A DNA stretch of 52,101 nt, filler included, from Squatina squatina (taxonomy: Eukaryota): the NCBI GenBank assembly GCA_031763465.1. It is 3 parts of 3 records of this genome, joined end to end, with 100 filler letters (N's around TTAATTAATTAA, not from the genome) between each part and the next. Parts side by side here need not be neighbours in the genome. Positions count along the whole stretch, not along the records: positions 34,565 to 52,101 come from JARFOE010000115.1; 2 more parts are not named here. The stretch is one strand, 5' to 3'. The notes under the pieces were generated by a model. The model saw only the letters and a list, made by a program, of their open reading frames with translations, ran no database searches and was not told the origin of the DNA. A program made the translations under genes and the position numbers. Of the stretch, positions 37,476-50,369 are shown piece by piece (position 1 is the first letter of the stretch; each line of letters begins with the position of its first letter).

Positions 37476-38779
37476 NNNNNNNNNNNNNNNNNNNNNNNNN
37501 NNNNNNNNNNNNNNNNNNNNNNNNNNNNNNNNNNNNNNNNNNNNNNNNNNNNNNNNNNNNNNNNNNNNNNNNNNNCGTCTCCAGTCTAGAAATTCGTCCT
37601 CCATGGTATTAGTGCTAATTTGGTGTGCCCAGTCTATATGCAGTGCAGCTGTGGGTTAGATATCATCAGCTGTGGTGTCAATGGACTACTGTCAAGACTT
37701 AAATTCAGTTTGAGCAGCTACACACTGGAATGGCAAGCAATTACAAGGACACAGCGTGCCAGTGGGGAGTGGCTTTGGCGTTGCCTGGACAACATACAGC
37801 GGTATCACCCTCAGTGCCATTTATAGGCCAGTTACACCTTTGGGTTCAATGGTGTGAGGAAGTTCTAGCTGGCATTGGCACCTGGCTGGTTGTCAGGTGA
37901 GATTAGTAATCGAAGTGCAGTTCACACTAAAGGCTAGAAGTGTAAGACCACTTCTGTGATGTAACCTTACACCACTCGGATTTCACATTGGCTGGTATAA
38001 CTCCCTTTCAGTGTAAAATCACGTTTCCGAAGTTTACTGGACCCGCTACGAACTTTCTAAACTTACGTTTGGTTCCTCCTAACATTGACAGAGAGTCAAT
38101 GGTCCCTTCATTTGTTTGTTGATGTGAAGATTATGGTGGGATTCCATTTTCCTGGGGTCGGCGGTGTGTGTACTCGGTTCTGACAGCTCTGTGCTCTTCT
38201 CAGCAGCTATTTGTACACATGACACTAATATCGCGNNNNNNNNNNATATCGCGCTGAATAAACAGCACAACTATGCGGAGTGAATTAAAATATCAGAACT
38301 CAATTATTTTTTTCTCGCTTTCAAAGTAGAATCAGGAGTTTCTGACATCCACTCAATCTCAGCAAATTTAGTAATGGGATTAAGACTCAGCGGGGAATCC
38401 TTAGACATTCGACGAGTTCATTCGCGAAGTTGCTTGACGTTAGATTAGTTCTGGAGAAGCATTAATTGGATGCTATTTAAACATATTTTCGATATTTATC
38501 ACTTCCAGTTTAAAATAAATTCACATTCACAGTTTCGCCTTGAGACAAACACGTTGTTTAAAAACACAATAAATGCCCTTCAGCAGCGAAATATTGGGCA
38601 AGACTTGGTCACGAACGGGAAAGTTACAAAAAAAATGCACATCTACTCCCAATGCATAGTCTGCGTGCCCAAAAATGGGAATTTAAAGATTTTCTGGGAT
38701 GGGATATTTTTGAACATGTAATGAATTGGATATCTCAATTCGTTGGCCATCAAGTGAAACAGATCTGGCAATCTACTAA

Positions 38780-39058
38780 TGAAGACGCACTGTAGCAACT
38801 CGCCAAGGCTTCTTCAGCAGCACCTCCCAAACCCCCGACCTCTACAACCTTGAAGGGTAAGGGCAGCAGGTGCATGGGAGCATCATCCCCTCCAAGTCAC
38901 ACACCATCCTGACTTGGAAATATATCGCCATTCCTTCGTCATCGCTCGGTCAAAATCCTGGAACTCCCTCTCTAACAGCACTGTGGGAGCATCTTCACCA
39001 CACGGACTGCAGCAGTTCAAGAAGGTGGCTCATCGCTACCTTCTCAGGGGCAACAACT
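38780..39058 (+). mobile_element. Interspersed LINE 3'-region fragment, same family as 5695-5892
   Basis: Direct similarity to the 5.7-kb copy. Confidence 0.65.
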
Positions 39059-41590
39059 TCCACAGACATTAATGACCAGATTTTCTGTTTTTGTGGTGTT
39101 GAGGGATGCATGTAGGCTTGGACTTAATGCATACATTAACCCATTTAAGTGACACAGACAGGAATTCAACATGAATGCATTAACCAATACCTGGATGTAA
39201 TTAAACTTCCTGAATAAGAAAAAAAACTTTCTGTAAATCTCCAATGTCAATGTAGTTCATTGCAAAAAGAAACTACATTAATGAAAGCTACAAAAATAAG
39301 TTAAACCAAATGAATTGTAGAAAGTACACTGTTAAGAGTCTGTATAATGCTGCTACACATAATGACTGCATAGAAGGCACTCTAACTTACTGAGAGTGGT
39401 AAAGCTATTGACAATGAAAGCAAATGACTATGTTCAGTAATCTGTACAACACCGTCAAACCTAACCTTCAGCCCCTATAAATTAGAAAAGAGCAGCTGAT
39501 TAAAACCAGTTTGAGGCAAACTTTGCTGACCTCCGACAAGTACAGCACTATCTAAATTAGTCCTCCGAGAATGTGGACATACTCTGTGCAGATTTCTGTC
39601 AGGCATTGTGTCCTTGAAATTCATGGCTAGCTTTGTGCTGTATGAATTCTTGGTGAGCTGTATTCTCTATTGTCTCTAGTTGGCACTTTTAAATCAATCC
39701 AAAAAAGGATTGTTATCTAACATCTATAAATTGGCAGCAAGTTTTCACAAGTTTTTAATAAGTTTCTGATGTATTAGTCATTGAGAGAATGTTTGTTTCA
39801 GTGCCATGGGCTGTCTTTATTCAGTTAAAAAGTTACAAGTCTCCTTTCTTTTCACTTATACTCACAAACAACAGCATGCTGGGAGATGCATAATCACAGA
39901 ATAAAATTATATATGTTACAAGACCATGTGCTCGGATTCGGCCTGACAGATTCACAAGGTTACTTTGTCCGTTCCAAGACTGAACTACAGCCTCATTGTC
40001 ATAGTACATGCTGGGTGCTGAACCTGTCAAGAGCCGCAGTGCTGTTTCTCTCCCTCACGCACTGCCAAGTGAGCATTATACTGGAATGGAGTTCAGTTAT
40101 GCTCCCTTGCTGTTATCAATGCCTATTTGATATGCGTGTCTAAATCTTCAAAACATTGCATTGGTTCAGTTTATTTGGTAAAGCTTTCTAACACAGTTTA
40201 TTAGCTCAAAAGTAGTCTGCGTTGTTTTCCGTTTAATAAGTGTTTGACACATGCTTGATGAACTGTTTATTAAGATCCGGGCATTTGTTTTTTAAGGATG
40301 GAATTTTGCCAGTAGGAAATCAGGGATCAATTTTCCAAAGAGTTGCACTTCATAATTCCTACTTTTCTGCAATTGTTGGTCATGGGTGAATTGTAATTGA
40401 AGCACATTTTCAGTTCGGATTGTGGAAATTTCCAAGAAAAAATATTACGGTACAGCTATTTTCCCACAGGTCTGGTGCTATTTCATTGTGACCACTTTTC
40501 ACTGACTTGAATTGCTTACCATTGAAGGCAGTGTTAAATGTCCTCCATAAATCAGTCAGCTACATAATCAGTATTATGGACACTTCTTTCAGTCATTTAG
40601 TCTTGTACTTTCCGATATTTTGTCTTTTCTATTACAGTTGCNNNNNNNNNNNNNNNNNNNNNNNNNNNNNNNNNNNNNNNNNNNNNNNNNNNNNNNNNNN
40701 NNNNNNNNNNNNNNNNNNNNNNNNNNNNNNNNNNNNNNNNNTGACGTCCTCCATTGAGAGGTGCTCATTGTACTGGCTCTTAGTCGTCTTTATACTGTTT
40801 TCTGCCATTTAAAATTACCTGAGAGGCACTGTATTAGCAGGGCACTTTAACAGTGTCCTCAATCACACAGGGATGCTATTATCCTGGGCCTTACTTCATG
40901 TTCCAATTGATCAGCATAAAGTTGCAATCAGACAGTTTGCAGCTTTAACCCAAATAAAAGAGTGACTTTGTACTGTAGAATGTGCCAAGCACAATTTTGA
41001 CCAACTCTGTGCTGACACAAAATGAAACCATCGTTACTGTTAATATTATTTTTAATCAAACTTCCACAAAGCACTTCTTTATCTAGCTAAATCTGTCAGG
41101 CTTGAAGGTATTTTTAGTAAGTGTAATATACAAGGTTCAATGGACTTCTCAGTAATTATTTTCAATTAACTTGTAGTACTGATGTGATAAATCAGGAATC
41201 CATCAGGATGAATGATACCATGCATCAACACTGAAAGCCACTGCTGGCCAAAAACATACACCTAAATAAAGTTCAGCGTATTAAATTATAAAACAACAGA
41301 CATCTCTGAGTGATTTCAAGGCTGAGAACTAATCCAGGTTTTCAAATAATTACTAAATGGTCAATCTTGCAATCTATGATAACCGCCTGCTCTCTCAGGT
41401 GGATGCAAAAGATCTCATGGCACTATNNNNNNNNNNNNNNNNNNNNNNNNNNNNNNNNNNNNNNNNNNNNNNNNNNNNNNNNNNNNNNNNNNNNNNNNNN
41501 NNNNNNNNNNNNNNNNNNNNNNNNNNTGCAGGAACTGGCTACAGGAATCCACCCCTAAGTGACTGATGCACTGACTCCTCAGGGAATCAC

Positions 41591-42085
41591 TCACTTTGAA
41601 ACCAACCTCTCCTGTTCTTGCTGAGCCAAGACCTCACGCATCAACCTGTGCTGTCTCTTCTTCCACCGTCTTTTCTCCACCATCGCCAGACATAGCAAAT
41701 GGATTACAATGATCAATTGGATTATGACCAAAACATGAGACACGATCCTTATCCAAGGATTTATCTCGACTGTAGTTCCCCAATTCCATGATTGTTTCCA
41801 CCAAGGGATAATTTCAATATTTTGTACGCCTTTCCCCACTTCACTTTGTCTTTGTTTTAACTCCCACAATATATGATGGGTTACATCAAGATCATTCAGT
41901 AATTTAGTTGTTTTAGCCTGAACTTCGGGTTCGATTAAATCTCTACCATAGCCAAATTTACTAACAAATTCTTCCATGTTCAAATTGGAGAGTAGGGCTG
42001 ATACATTGATACCAGTTTCCTTTCCGAGGTGTAAGGGTCGTAGGATCCTATGTCCTATCAAAACCACGTGAATAGGCTCAATACA
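41591..42085 (-). CDS. Envelope/fusion-glycoprotein-like C-terminal ORF (164 aa) of a putative endogenous LTR retroelement or virus
   Basis: Stop-free frame with an NVS sequon, an amphipathic helix, Trp-rich WWKQSWNW, a hydrophobic TM (IVSHVLVIIQLIIVIHLLCLAMV) and a basic tail KRRWKKR. A purine tract AGGGGTGGA (41556-41548) and TG follow downstream of the stop. Confidence 0.55.
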   Translation of the reverse strand, partial: CIEPIHVVLIGHRILRPLHLGKETGINVSALLSNLNMEEFVSKFGYGRDLIEPEVQAKTTKLLNDLDVTHHILWELKQRQSEVGKGVQNIEIIPWWKQSWNWGTTVEINPWIRIVSHVLVIIQLIIVIHLLCLAMVEKRRWKKRQHRLMREVLAQQEQERLVSK

Positions 42086-42205
42086 TAGAGTGGCCAGACG
42101 TCCCAGTTTCTCACGAAACGTCCCGGTGTCCCAACAATTACCCAAATGTCCTGGTTTTTTGTGCTCACTTGACTGTGCAAGCGCAGTCCCGGCAGAGAAA
42201 TGACT
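42086..42205 (+). mobile_element. hAT-Blackjack-like element terminus truncating the env-like ORF
   Basis: TAGAGTGGCCAGACGTCCC with repeated gtccc motifs, same type as 15138 and 15586. Confidence 0.65.
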
Positions 42206-44042
42206 NNNNNNNNNNNNNNNNNNNNNNNNNNNNNNNNNNNNNNNNNNNNNNNNNNNNNNNNNNNNNNNNNNNNNNNNNNNNNNNNNNNNNNNNNNNNNNN
42301 NNNNNTACTTTATTTTGGCACATTTCGGTAGAGCATCCAGAAGCAGTTTTCAAGTTGGAAAATGGACTTGAGACGAGGTCCCCTTGTCAATAGCTCAACC
42401 GGCATCGCAAAAATGATTGGCACAGTCATTTTGTTAAAAAAATATACAAAATGGAGATATTCTGATTACTTTTTGCAATATTTTGTGAGCTTCCCCACCC
42501 CCCGCACCGCCGAGTCCAAACTGGCAGTTAAATATTGAGTGGATCCTCCTCTGGACATGTCTCATTCACTTCAATAAGACACAGTTGTTTCATGTTTGTT
42601 TAGTAACTTCACAGCATTTAAACACTTAAGTGTGTTAATCCACTTTCTCAAACATCTATTTCTGAAATAAATGTCTACGTTTTTTCTGAGATGTTATACA
42701 CACTCTGAACTAACGATAGGAATCGTAAACCAGTTAGAATCAGCTTTCCGATTTGAATTAGTCTTCCAGTACAGGTGGTTGAAAGGTGGTTTAAACAGGG
42801 GGAAGCATATAAATTCTGTATTCGTAACTAAAGATCTTAATCTTGCGCTCCACTTTAACACTAAATGTGTCGTGTTTATAGGCACGCATTCATTTGTCAC
42901 TTTGAACAGCTTCAACACCGTCTACAATCAGTACATGCAGTAAGTTAAATTCCATTTAAGGCGGCAGTTTAGTTCCCATTGTACGCGTTGCTCGAAGGTG
43001 CAATACTTGAAGATTCATTAGCTGATTAAATTCATGGTCATATCAGTATCATAAGGTCGTTAAACCAAAGCTGATGAATTGTCAAAATGCAGGAAGACTG
43101 TTTTCTGAAATGTATGGGGTTAAAATTTTAGAAAATTGTAGCTAAAATTGGGGTTTATGACGATAAAAGGTTAATTTTGCCTGAATTCGGTTTCACGTTA
43201 CAATGCTGTGTGTCATGACTGCAGGAATAGTAAATCAGAATTGGCAAATTTTGTGCCATCATATATTGACCAAAGTATATTTTACATGAATGATTTGCAT
43301 GATTCATGATTGGTTTTAACTGGTTTAAAATGTGAGTGTACATAGGACAGCATGTTCTTACTTTTACATCTTCTGATAATGGACACTGTTCCCTATTGTT
43401 CCAGCGGCTCTTTGTCTATTATTTTTCCACACGCCAGGACATAGACCCCAAAGGCAGTTAAAGCCATAATAGAGACTGTGTGGGGCCCAACAGACGTCAG
43501 CAAAACGTAAATAGCACATCTGCAGGAAATCCCTTGTAGAGCCTCTCCCAGAACACAATACACAGTGAGACTCCGCGTTTCTTCTGCCACAGTAAAATGA
43601 ATTACAACGCAGTTAATTGCTTTATGTAGACACAAGCTATGTATTAAAAAAAATATCGGGCGTGTTAATAATACAGTGCCCTACTGTCGAATTACCTTTT
43701 ATCAAAACCAAAGGATAGTAAGAATTTTACGACTGCATCCCTTGGGATTCGTTTTTTGTGATATAAAAATTTGGGATCGAAAATGCATACCAGTGTTGGA
43801 TTAAAGGACATGATTAAAAGGCTATAGATACAACTTTTGGAAAATGTTTCATCATTTTTACTGTAATCGAACGCTATTATTCTTAAATCTGTTGGCCCTG
43901 TACATCAAAATAAATAACGAGAATCCATATTAAAAAAATGAANNNNNNNNNNNNNNNNNNNNNNNNNNNNNNNNNNNNNNNNNNNNNNNNNNNNNNNNNN
44001 NNNNNNNNNNNNNNNNNNNNNNNNNNNNNNNNNNNNNNNNNN

Positions 44043-45058
44043 TGCACTGCCTTGACCGCTTGTGAGGAGCTCTCTGTGGCATGAGCGGTAACAGTCTGGG
44101 CTAGCTGGCTGACAGGCAACTGCAATGGCACTAGCAGAGTGGCAGCATTGGAAATATGAATGCTGTCATCCTGAGAGAGGACAGCAGGTACTTGCTTCAC
44201 AGAGCCACTGCCACTCTCCCCGGGGCGGCCCCTCAACATACCTAACCATCTGACAGCTGTAAGACCCTGCAAGTCCCTTTCCATATTTGTCAACCCAGCC
44301 ACAATGGCAGCAAGCTGAGCTTGCCTGACAGTCGTCTGAGCTTTCACTGCAACAGTGAGACATTGGGTCGCTTCCGCTTGTGCTGCAATGGAAGCTGTAA
44401 CATAGTTCATCACACCCAGTATCATGGTTGGGTCTAATGTAGTTGCCAGTTGTCAATAATTTCCATCCTGGAAATCATTGGCTCCAAGTTTCACACAAAG
44501 CCCTGTGTAATATTGGAACTGGAGTCCACCATACCTTAACAGTGACAACAGGCTCTCTGGCAGGCCTGCCATTGCACCAAGGATTTCTGAGTGCATGCTC
44601 GTCACCCTTCTTCTGAAGGCTGCCCCATCAAAGGCCTCATCTAGGTGCTCTGCAGCAGAACTTGTGTGTGACCTCGCCCTCCGCGGAGCTGACACCTGTG
44701 CTACCCTTTCCTCCTGGCCTGGCTGCAGCCCAGTCATGTGCGGTGACTCACCATGTGCAGATCCCACCTCAATATTGTTCTCTAGTTCACATTGTGCCAT
44801 TTCTAAGCTGGTGCCTGGGAGTATCAGATTGAGTGATGCTGCCTCTTTGCTATCTTCTACTTCTTGCTACTCAGGCTGGGCTGTTGGCATTTCTTGGGTA
44901 TTTGAAAGGAGAAAGGCACAAGGGTCAGGTTGTAGTGAGGGTAGGGAGGAAAGAAAGATGTGCATGCTTACACCATCAGTCGCTTTAAATGGAATGAGAG
45001 GGAAGTGTGATGTGAGAAGGATTAGATACGAGCTTCCCATCATCAGCAATGCTTTTAT
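44043..45058 (-). mobile_element. Probable Harbinger second-gene (Myb/SANT protein) C-terminal region, degenerate
   Basis: Overlapping frameshifted ORFs 44453-44800 and 44043-44425 (RRARSHTSSAAEHLDEAFDGAAFRRRVTSMHSEILGAMAGLPESLL; Ala/Gln-rich coiled coil), with a decayed intron-like segment near 44900-45035. Assignment from memory of shark repeats. Confidence 0.5.
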
Positions 45059-45577
45059 NNNNNNNNNNNNNNNNNNNNNNNNNNNNNNNNNNNNNNNNNN
45101 NNNNNNNNNNNNNNNNNNNNNNNNNNNNNNNNNNNNNNNNNNNNNNNNNNNNNNNNNNGTTGCCAACGCCACGCCCAGGCGGAAAGGCATTTGCGTCCCA
45201 TTGGGATACGCTCATGGGAGGCACAAGTGCACTGAATTTCTAGCCCATTGGAATCAGGACAGGTTGATAATGGGTGTCTCAAAGAGAGCTGCACGTTTGG
45301 TGGATAGAACCACATGATACTTTATCTCACGCGATACTTTAATTGATGGACATTCCACAAAGGTCATCTCAAATGGAGTTAGATGTGATGAGAGCTATCC
45401 CCTAAAGTGTTAAAACTGGCCTTTTTCTAAATGGCATAAGAGGTTGTATTCCTTCTCGCACTTTGTTCTGTGCATGTAAAGCTTCATCAACAAGAACAAA
45501 GGTTAGCACAGAGAACTTAGAAAGCAACCTTAATAGTGTGCAAGAGCGTACTTCAATCCATTCTTCTTTTCTTACAG

Positions 45578-45629
45578 AACCTACTTTGATAGTATAATGG
45601 CAATAGATTCCCTACTTGAACACATTATG
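45578..45629 (+). CDS. PDE10A: PDE10A exon (52 nt), start of GAF-B region
   Basis: cttacag|A...ATG|gtgagt. TYFDSIMAIDSLLEHIM versus human TYFDNIVAIDSLLEHIM. Confidence 0.9.
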
Positions 45630-46341
45630 GTGAGTACCTGGCTATGTTTTTATTCCGTATCTCCTGGAAGAATGCAGATTTTAGGAAGAGATATTTGACT
45701 CCAACAAGAATTTGATGGAATGAAAGTACAATTCACTGCCTCCTTCTTATAATTCCTTGAGTCAAGCACGCACATTTGGTGCTTTGCTATCAGGATGACA
45801 TGATCATTACTCTGGCACTCTACTCCTGTTGTACTTGTTAAGGTTATCCATTCATGAGATGCACTGCGCACGGAACAATGCCTAAATATTTACACCAGTG
45901 CTTTTTGATGCATGATTACAATTGGAGATCTGATGGAAAAATAATTGTGGCTGTAGAAATCAGTATCAGCCATTCTTAGTTTCTAATAGCAGAAGCAAAA
46001 GCTTTCCTTCAGACCATGAGTTAGGCTATAAACTGGCTTATTAAGAGTAAAACTTCAAGAGTAGCAAAAGACTGATACAGCAGATTTCACTTCTCACAGA
46101 ACTCACAAAACAACGAGAAACATTTGAGATATACTAGATTAGGTTTAGGAGCAATTAAAAGGAAAGATTTTCTGTGTGATAAGTGTAATGAAATTGCAAA
46201 CCAATTTGTTTTTGTGAAGACTCATGTAAGCGCTACAAAAAAGAGTTTTCAACTTGTTCAAAGCTCCAAACACAATTATATATATTGAACTGAGTGTATT
46301 AACACTGATACGAGTCAGCAACTGCATCGGCATTTCACCTT

Positions 46342-46370
46342 CTCTTTCTCTCTCTCTCTCTCTCTTTCTC
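46342..46370. repeat. (CT)n microsatellite
   Basis: Directly visible. Confidence 0.8.
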
Positions 46371-46846
46371 GTCTCCGACCACAGAACTTGTTGAGTTTTA
46401 CCTTGATCACCTTCTCCCTTGCATTCCTTCGGGCCAAGAGCAGCCACGACTTCACCTTTCCACAGTGCAGTCTCTGTGGACTGTCGCAACAAGTTAGTGT
46501 TTGCTACAGCTAGTCCACAGGGGAAATCTTACCTCAAAGATTTTGGTGCTTAATATTTCCAGTCATACAGNNNNNNNNNNNNNNNNNNNNNNNNNNNNNN
46601 NNNNNNNNNNNNNNNNNNNNNNNNNNNNNNNNNNNNNNNNNNNNNNNNNNNNNNNNNNNNNNNNNNNNNNTTATATTGGTGTTTTATTACTTTATTAAAA
46701 TGTGATGGAAGAATCACAAAGTGCAAGTGGAAACCAGGTACCTGAGATGTATTGTACATCCTGTGTGGCTTGACTGATATAACTGGCACATTATTAAATA
46801 GGTGTGTGACTTTTTCCTCATTCATCCTGCTTCATTTGTTTATCAG

Positions 46847-46989
46847 ATGTACCACAGAATACAACAGTCAGAGTGTATTTATCGGGTCACAATGGAGAAG
46901 CTGGCTTATCATAGTATTTGTACGTTGGAAGAGTGGCAGAGCCTCATGAATTCTACAATTCCAAAATCCCTTTGCAAAGAAATTGAACA
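46847..46989 (+). CDS. PDE10A: PDE10A exon (143 nt), GAF-B to catalytic linker
   Basis: tatcag|ATG...CA|gtaagt. [34 protein letters not shown]...LCKEIE. Confidence 0.95.
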
Positions 46990-47431
46990 GTAAGTGAATT
47001 TTAAGTCAACATCTGGAACAACAGATGATGTATTCTAAGAATGACAGTAATGTTCACAATTTAGTGAAGGGGACATGGTAAAGGAAAGGCCTTGCTTTTG
47101 GAACTACTTATTTGTGTAATTTTTAAGAAGGTCTTAGGATGTATTCATTAACATTTAAAGATCTTTAGTACATTGAGAATGGGGAACAATAGTTCCTCTG
47201 CTACCAGTTTGTAGGGGAGACGTCCTCTGTAGAAGGCAGCTGGTCAGGGTTGTATAGTGGAAATGCAGGGGTAGATGGATGTTCTTGATTATATGTGGTT
47301 ACCATTTAGGGCCTGGAAGTATTTATCCAGAATTTTCCCTCAGGTAATTGAATAAGTAGAGTCCATGACTGGGTAGATTATACATGGTTTATATAAGGAT
47401 CAGACATGATGAGCCAAACGGCCTCCTCCTG

Positions 47432-47620
47432 TCCTCTCAGGTAGAAGTAAAAGATCCCACGGCACTACTACGAAGATGAGCAGTGGAGTTATCCTCGATG
47501 ACCGGGCCAATATTTATCCCTCAATTTTGAGGAATAAAAACAGATGATCAGGTGATTATCAAATTGCTGTTTGTGGAAGCTTGCAGCGCGTGAATTGGCT
47601 GCATGCTTTCTGCATTGCAT
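47432..47620 (+). mobile_element. Deu-domain SINE fragment
   Basis: ctcaggtagaagtaaaagatcccacggcact...ggccaatatttatccctcaa. Confidence 0.75.
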
Positions 47621-47971
47621 GCTTCCTGGACTCCAAGGGTTAAATGCAAGTAGGGATTACACAAACTAGAATTATATTCCTTGGCATTTAGAAGATTAAG
47701 AAGGTTAAGTNNNNNNNNNNNNNNNNNNNNNNNNNNNNNNNNNNNNNNNNNNNNNNNNNNNNNNNNNNNNNNNNNNNNNNNNNNNNNNNNNNNNNNNNNN
47801 NNNNNNNNNNAACGCTCAAATTGTAAAGTGGCTAATTGGGGGCGTCACTGAAAATTTTCTAAGAGTCTCACTTCCAGCACTAAATTCAGCGCTTAGCGCT
47901 AGAAACGCAAAAATCGCGAATTGGTCGTCCTATGTATTGTACTGACATTCCTCTTTGTCTTTTTACCTCAG

Positions 47972-48055
47972 CATCCACTTTGATATCAGCCCCTATGAGG
48001 AACTCTGGCCAACTTTTTTTGTCCATATGATCCACAGCAGCTGTGGAAAAAACAG
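47972..48055 (+). CDS. PDE10A: PDE10A exon (84 nt)
   Basis: cctcag|C...AG|gtatg. IHFDISPYEELWPTFFVHMIHSSCGKN versus human [25 protein letters not shown]. Phases match both flanking exons. Not in the ORF track. Confidence 0.9.
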
Positions 48056-48545
48056 GTATGGAGATGTAATCTGTATTCCATTTTAGTAGCAATCATTTTT
48101 TCATCTTGAAATCGTGTTACTTTTGTTGGAAGTGCTGGATAAGCATAATTGGATATTATTGACCTGTATGGATTTCTCTTAGTGTAACATCTACTGAAGT
48201 GGTGCTGCACTTTGAAGGCTCTGTGAGTCTCATTACAGATCAGGGTTACATCATCAAGCCCCCACTGCCTGCTTCCAAGCCACTGCAGTTGGTAACATCC
48301 TTAGATGTCTGTGAAGTTTTGTGTCGATGAGCTTTCAGAATTTCCCCTGCGATAGATTCCTTAAGTTTCGTAATAAATGAGTGCCTTAATAGATTTGTCA
48401 CTTTACCCATTAAAAGCTGTATGTGCTTTAGAATTCTGACAAATTACAATAGGGATAATGTTAGCACTTTGGTATCTGGGACAAGTGGCATTTCTGGTCT
48501 TTATTTAATTGTGTTTTTCCTCTCTCTATTTTCTTCTCTATCTAG

Positions 48546-48696
48546 CGTTGAGTTAGAGAAACTGTGTCGCTTCACTATGTCAGTAAAGAAAAACTACCGC
48601 CGTGTACCCTACCACAACTGGAAGCATGCGGTCACTGTGGCACATTGCATGTATGCTATCCTGCAGAAACTTCAGGGTACATTCTCAGAACTGGAG
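48546..48696 (+). CDS. PDE10A: PDE10A catalytic-domain exon (151 nt)
   Basis: tctag|C...GAG|gtaggt. [40 protein letters not shown] has the class I PDE YHN..H motif. Confidence 0.96.
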
Positions 48697-49809
48697 GTAG
48701 GTGAATGAAATGTTCCAGCCATTCCAAGCCACAAATATCAATTGCCTGGACATGTAGCCACCGAGAACATTCATTAGACTCTTAAAGATAAGGTAGAGTC
48801 CTCGCCAAACAACACTCTGAGCTGAAAAAAATGAACTGGTACATACTGGATAAGCAGAATGAATCTGTTAGCCTTCTACAACATCACTAACCAAAATTGT
48901 AGTATGAACCATTTTATTAATATTGCAATTGTTTATACAATTCTGCCTTACAACTAGGGGACACTTGATCACAAACCATTGAATAATAATAGAGAGGAAA
49001 TAACAACAAAGCACCTCAGATACAAGTGATTTGCGTAGGTCCTGTTAGCACATGGAATAAATTCTAAGGGATTAGCATTAATGAATGATCAGTTCTTGTC
49101 CTTGAATTTTCTGATGTTCAGGAGTTCATGACTATAATCTGTCTGTACCACAATGTAGAATCAAANNNNNNNNNNNNNNNNNNNNNNNNNNNNNNNNNNN
49201 NNNNNNNNNNNNNNNNNNNNNNNNNNNNNNNNNNNNNNNNNNNNNNNNNNNNNNNNNNNNNNNNNAATCACACATAAAACAGACAGAAAGGATGTCCCTT
49301 GCATAAACACCTTATGATCATTTATATCTACTCCAATACAGTGATCATTTCATCAATGATGTGCGAATATTTAATGCTTGCAAAATGAAAGAAATCCTTC
49401 AAATTGCCAATACATTGAATCATTTGAACTTCATTTACCTGCCTAATATTCATTGTGGAAAACCATACATATGTAGGATATGTGATGCGCCTTTCAAAGT
49501 ACTTCTAATATTGCAGTATGTTGCACTAGTTTATTCAAGTTGCTGTCAATCTTGTTAGTTCTAATTTCTTCTGGAAATTGTAAAGGAATTTTTGCACTCT
49601 GTGTGCTTATTATAATGGAATGCTTTGTACGCATGTAATATGTACAAACTGGAACTTCGTAGCACATTACCAATCACGCCTGCTGCCTAAGCAGCTTCAA
49701 CACCACCTGTAAATACAAGAAAATGCTGACTATCTGTCCATTTCAGCTTTATTATAAAATGTAATGTTTTGATGTTTTTATTTTGTTTAAAGTCTTATTT
49801 TGGACAGTT

Positions 49810-50369
49810 GGGGCACAAAATTTACTTGCGTCGCTTCGGGGTGGGAGCCAGCATTTCTCGCACCGGCCCCTGCCCCACCTGCCACAGAATTTGTAGTTCC
49901 GGACGGAAGCGAGGCACAGTGATGCCGGCCTTGCTGTCGGGTGGCTGGCTGGGGACATCTCTGGCGTGGCCTCAGTGCCATGTTAGCGACGTCAGCTGCT
50001 CCGTGTCAGTGTTGCTGCATACTGACATCAGACGCAGCGCACTGACGTCAGCAGCGCAGCCAGGCCTACCTTAAAGGGGAGGGCCGCTGGCCATCCGGAC
50101 TGCGGCCTGCCACTGGGCCACCAGGGATGGTGGCGATTGGGACACCAGCGTGGCATGCCAGTCAGCATGCTAGGCGAGGGAATGGTGCCCTGAGGGGACT
50201 GTGGGCCACCATCAATCGGCCGACATGAGAGTGGGTAGATAAATAATGATGGTGGCCGCAGGCGCACAGGACCTCCCCTTTAAGAGGGCCGTTGCAGCGA
50301 CAAGCTTTGCTGTCGCTGCAACTACCTGGCACTGCGGCCACGTCCTGCGGGTGAACTCTGCCCGCGTGG
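49810..50369. mobile_element. GC/CpG-rich non-autonomous DNA element; related to 15877-16050 and 25595-25854
   Basis: Sharp compositional start GGGGCACAAAATTT. Shares ggcatgccagtc.gcatgc with about 15925 and tgacgtca..gc with about 25685. Confidence 0.6.

Noticed and set aside
39886-40143. Possible upstream PDE10A exon
   Set aside because: The translation does not resemble PDE10A N-terminal or GAF-A sequence that I recognise.
42086-42145. N-terminus (MGNCWDTGTFREKLGRLATL) of ORF 41591-42145
   Set aside because: Read-through from the inserted hAT-like terminus; not part of the env-like protein.
44595-45317. 240-aa plus-strand ORF
   Set aside because: Antisense to the degenerate transposon gene and reads through a gap.
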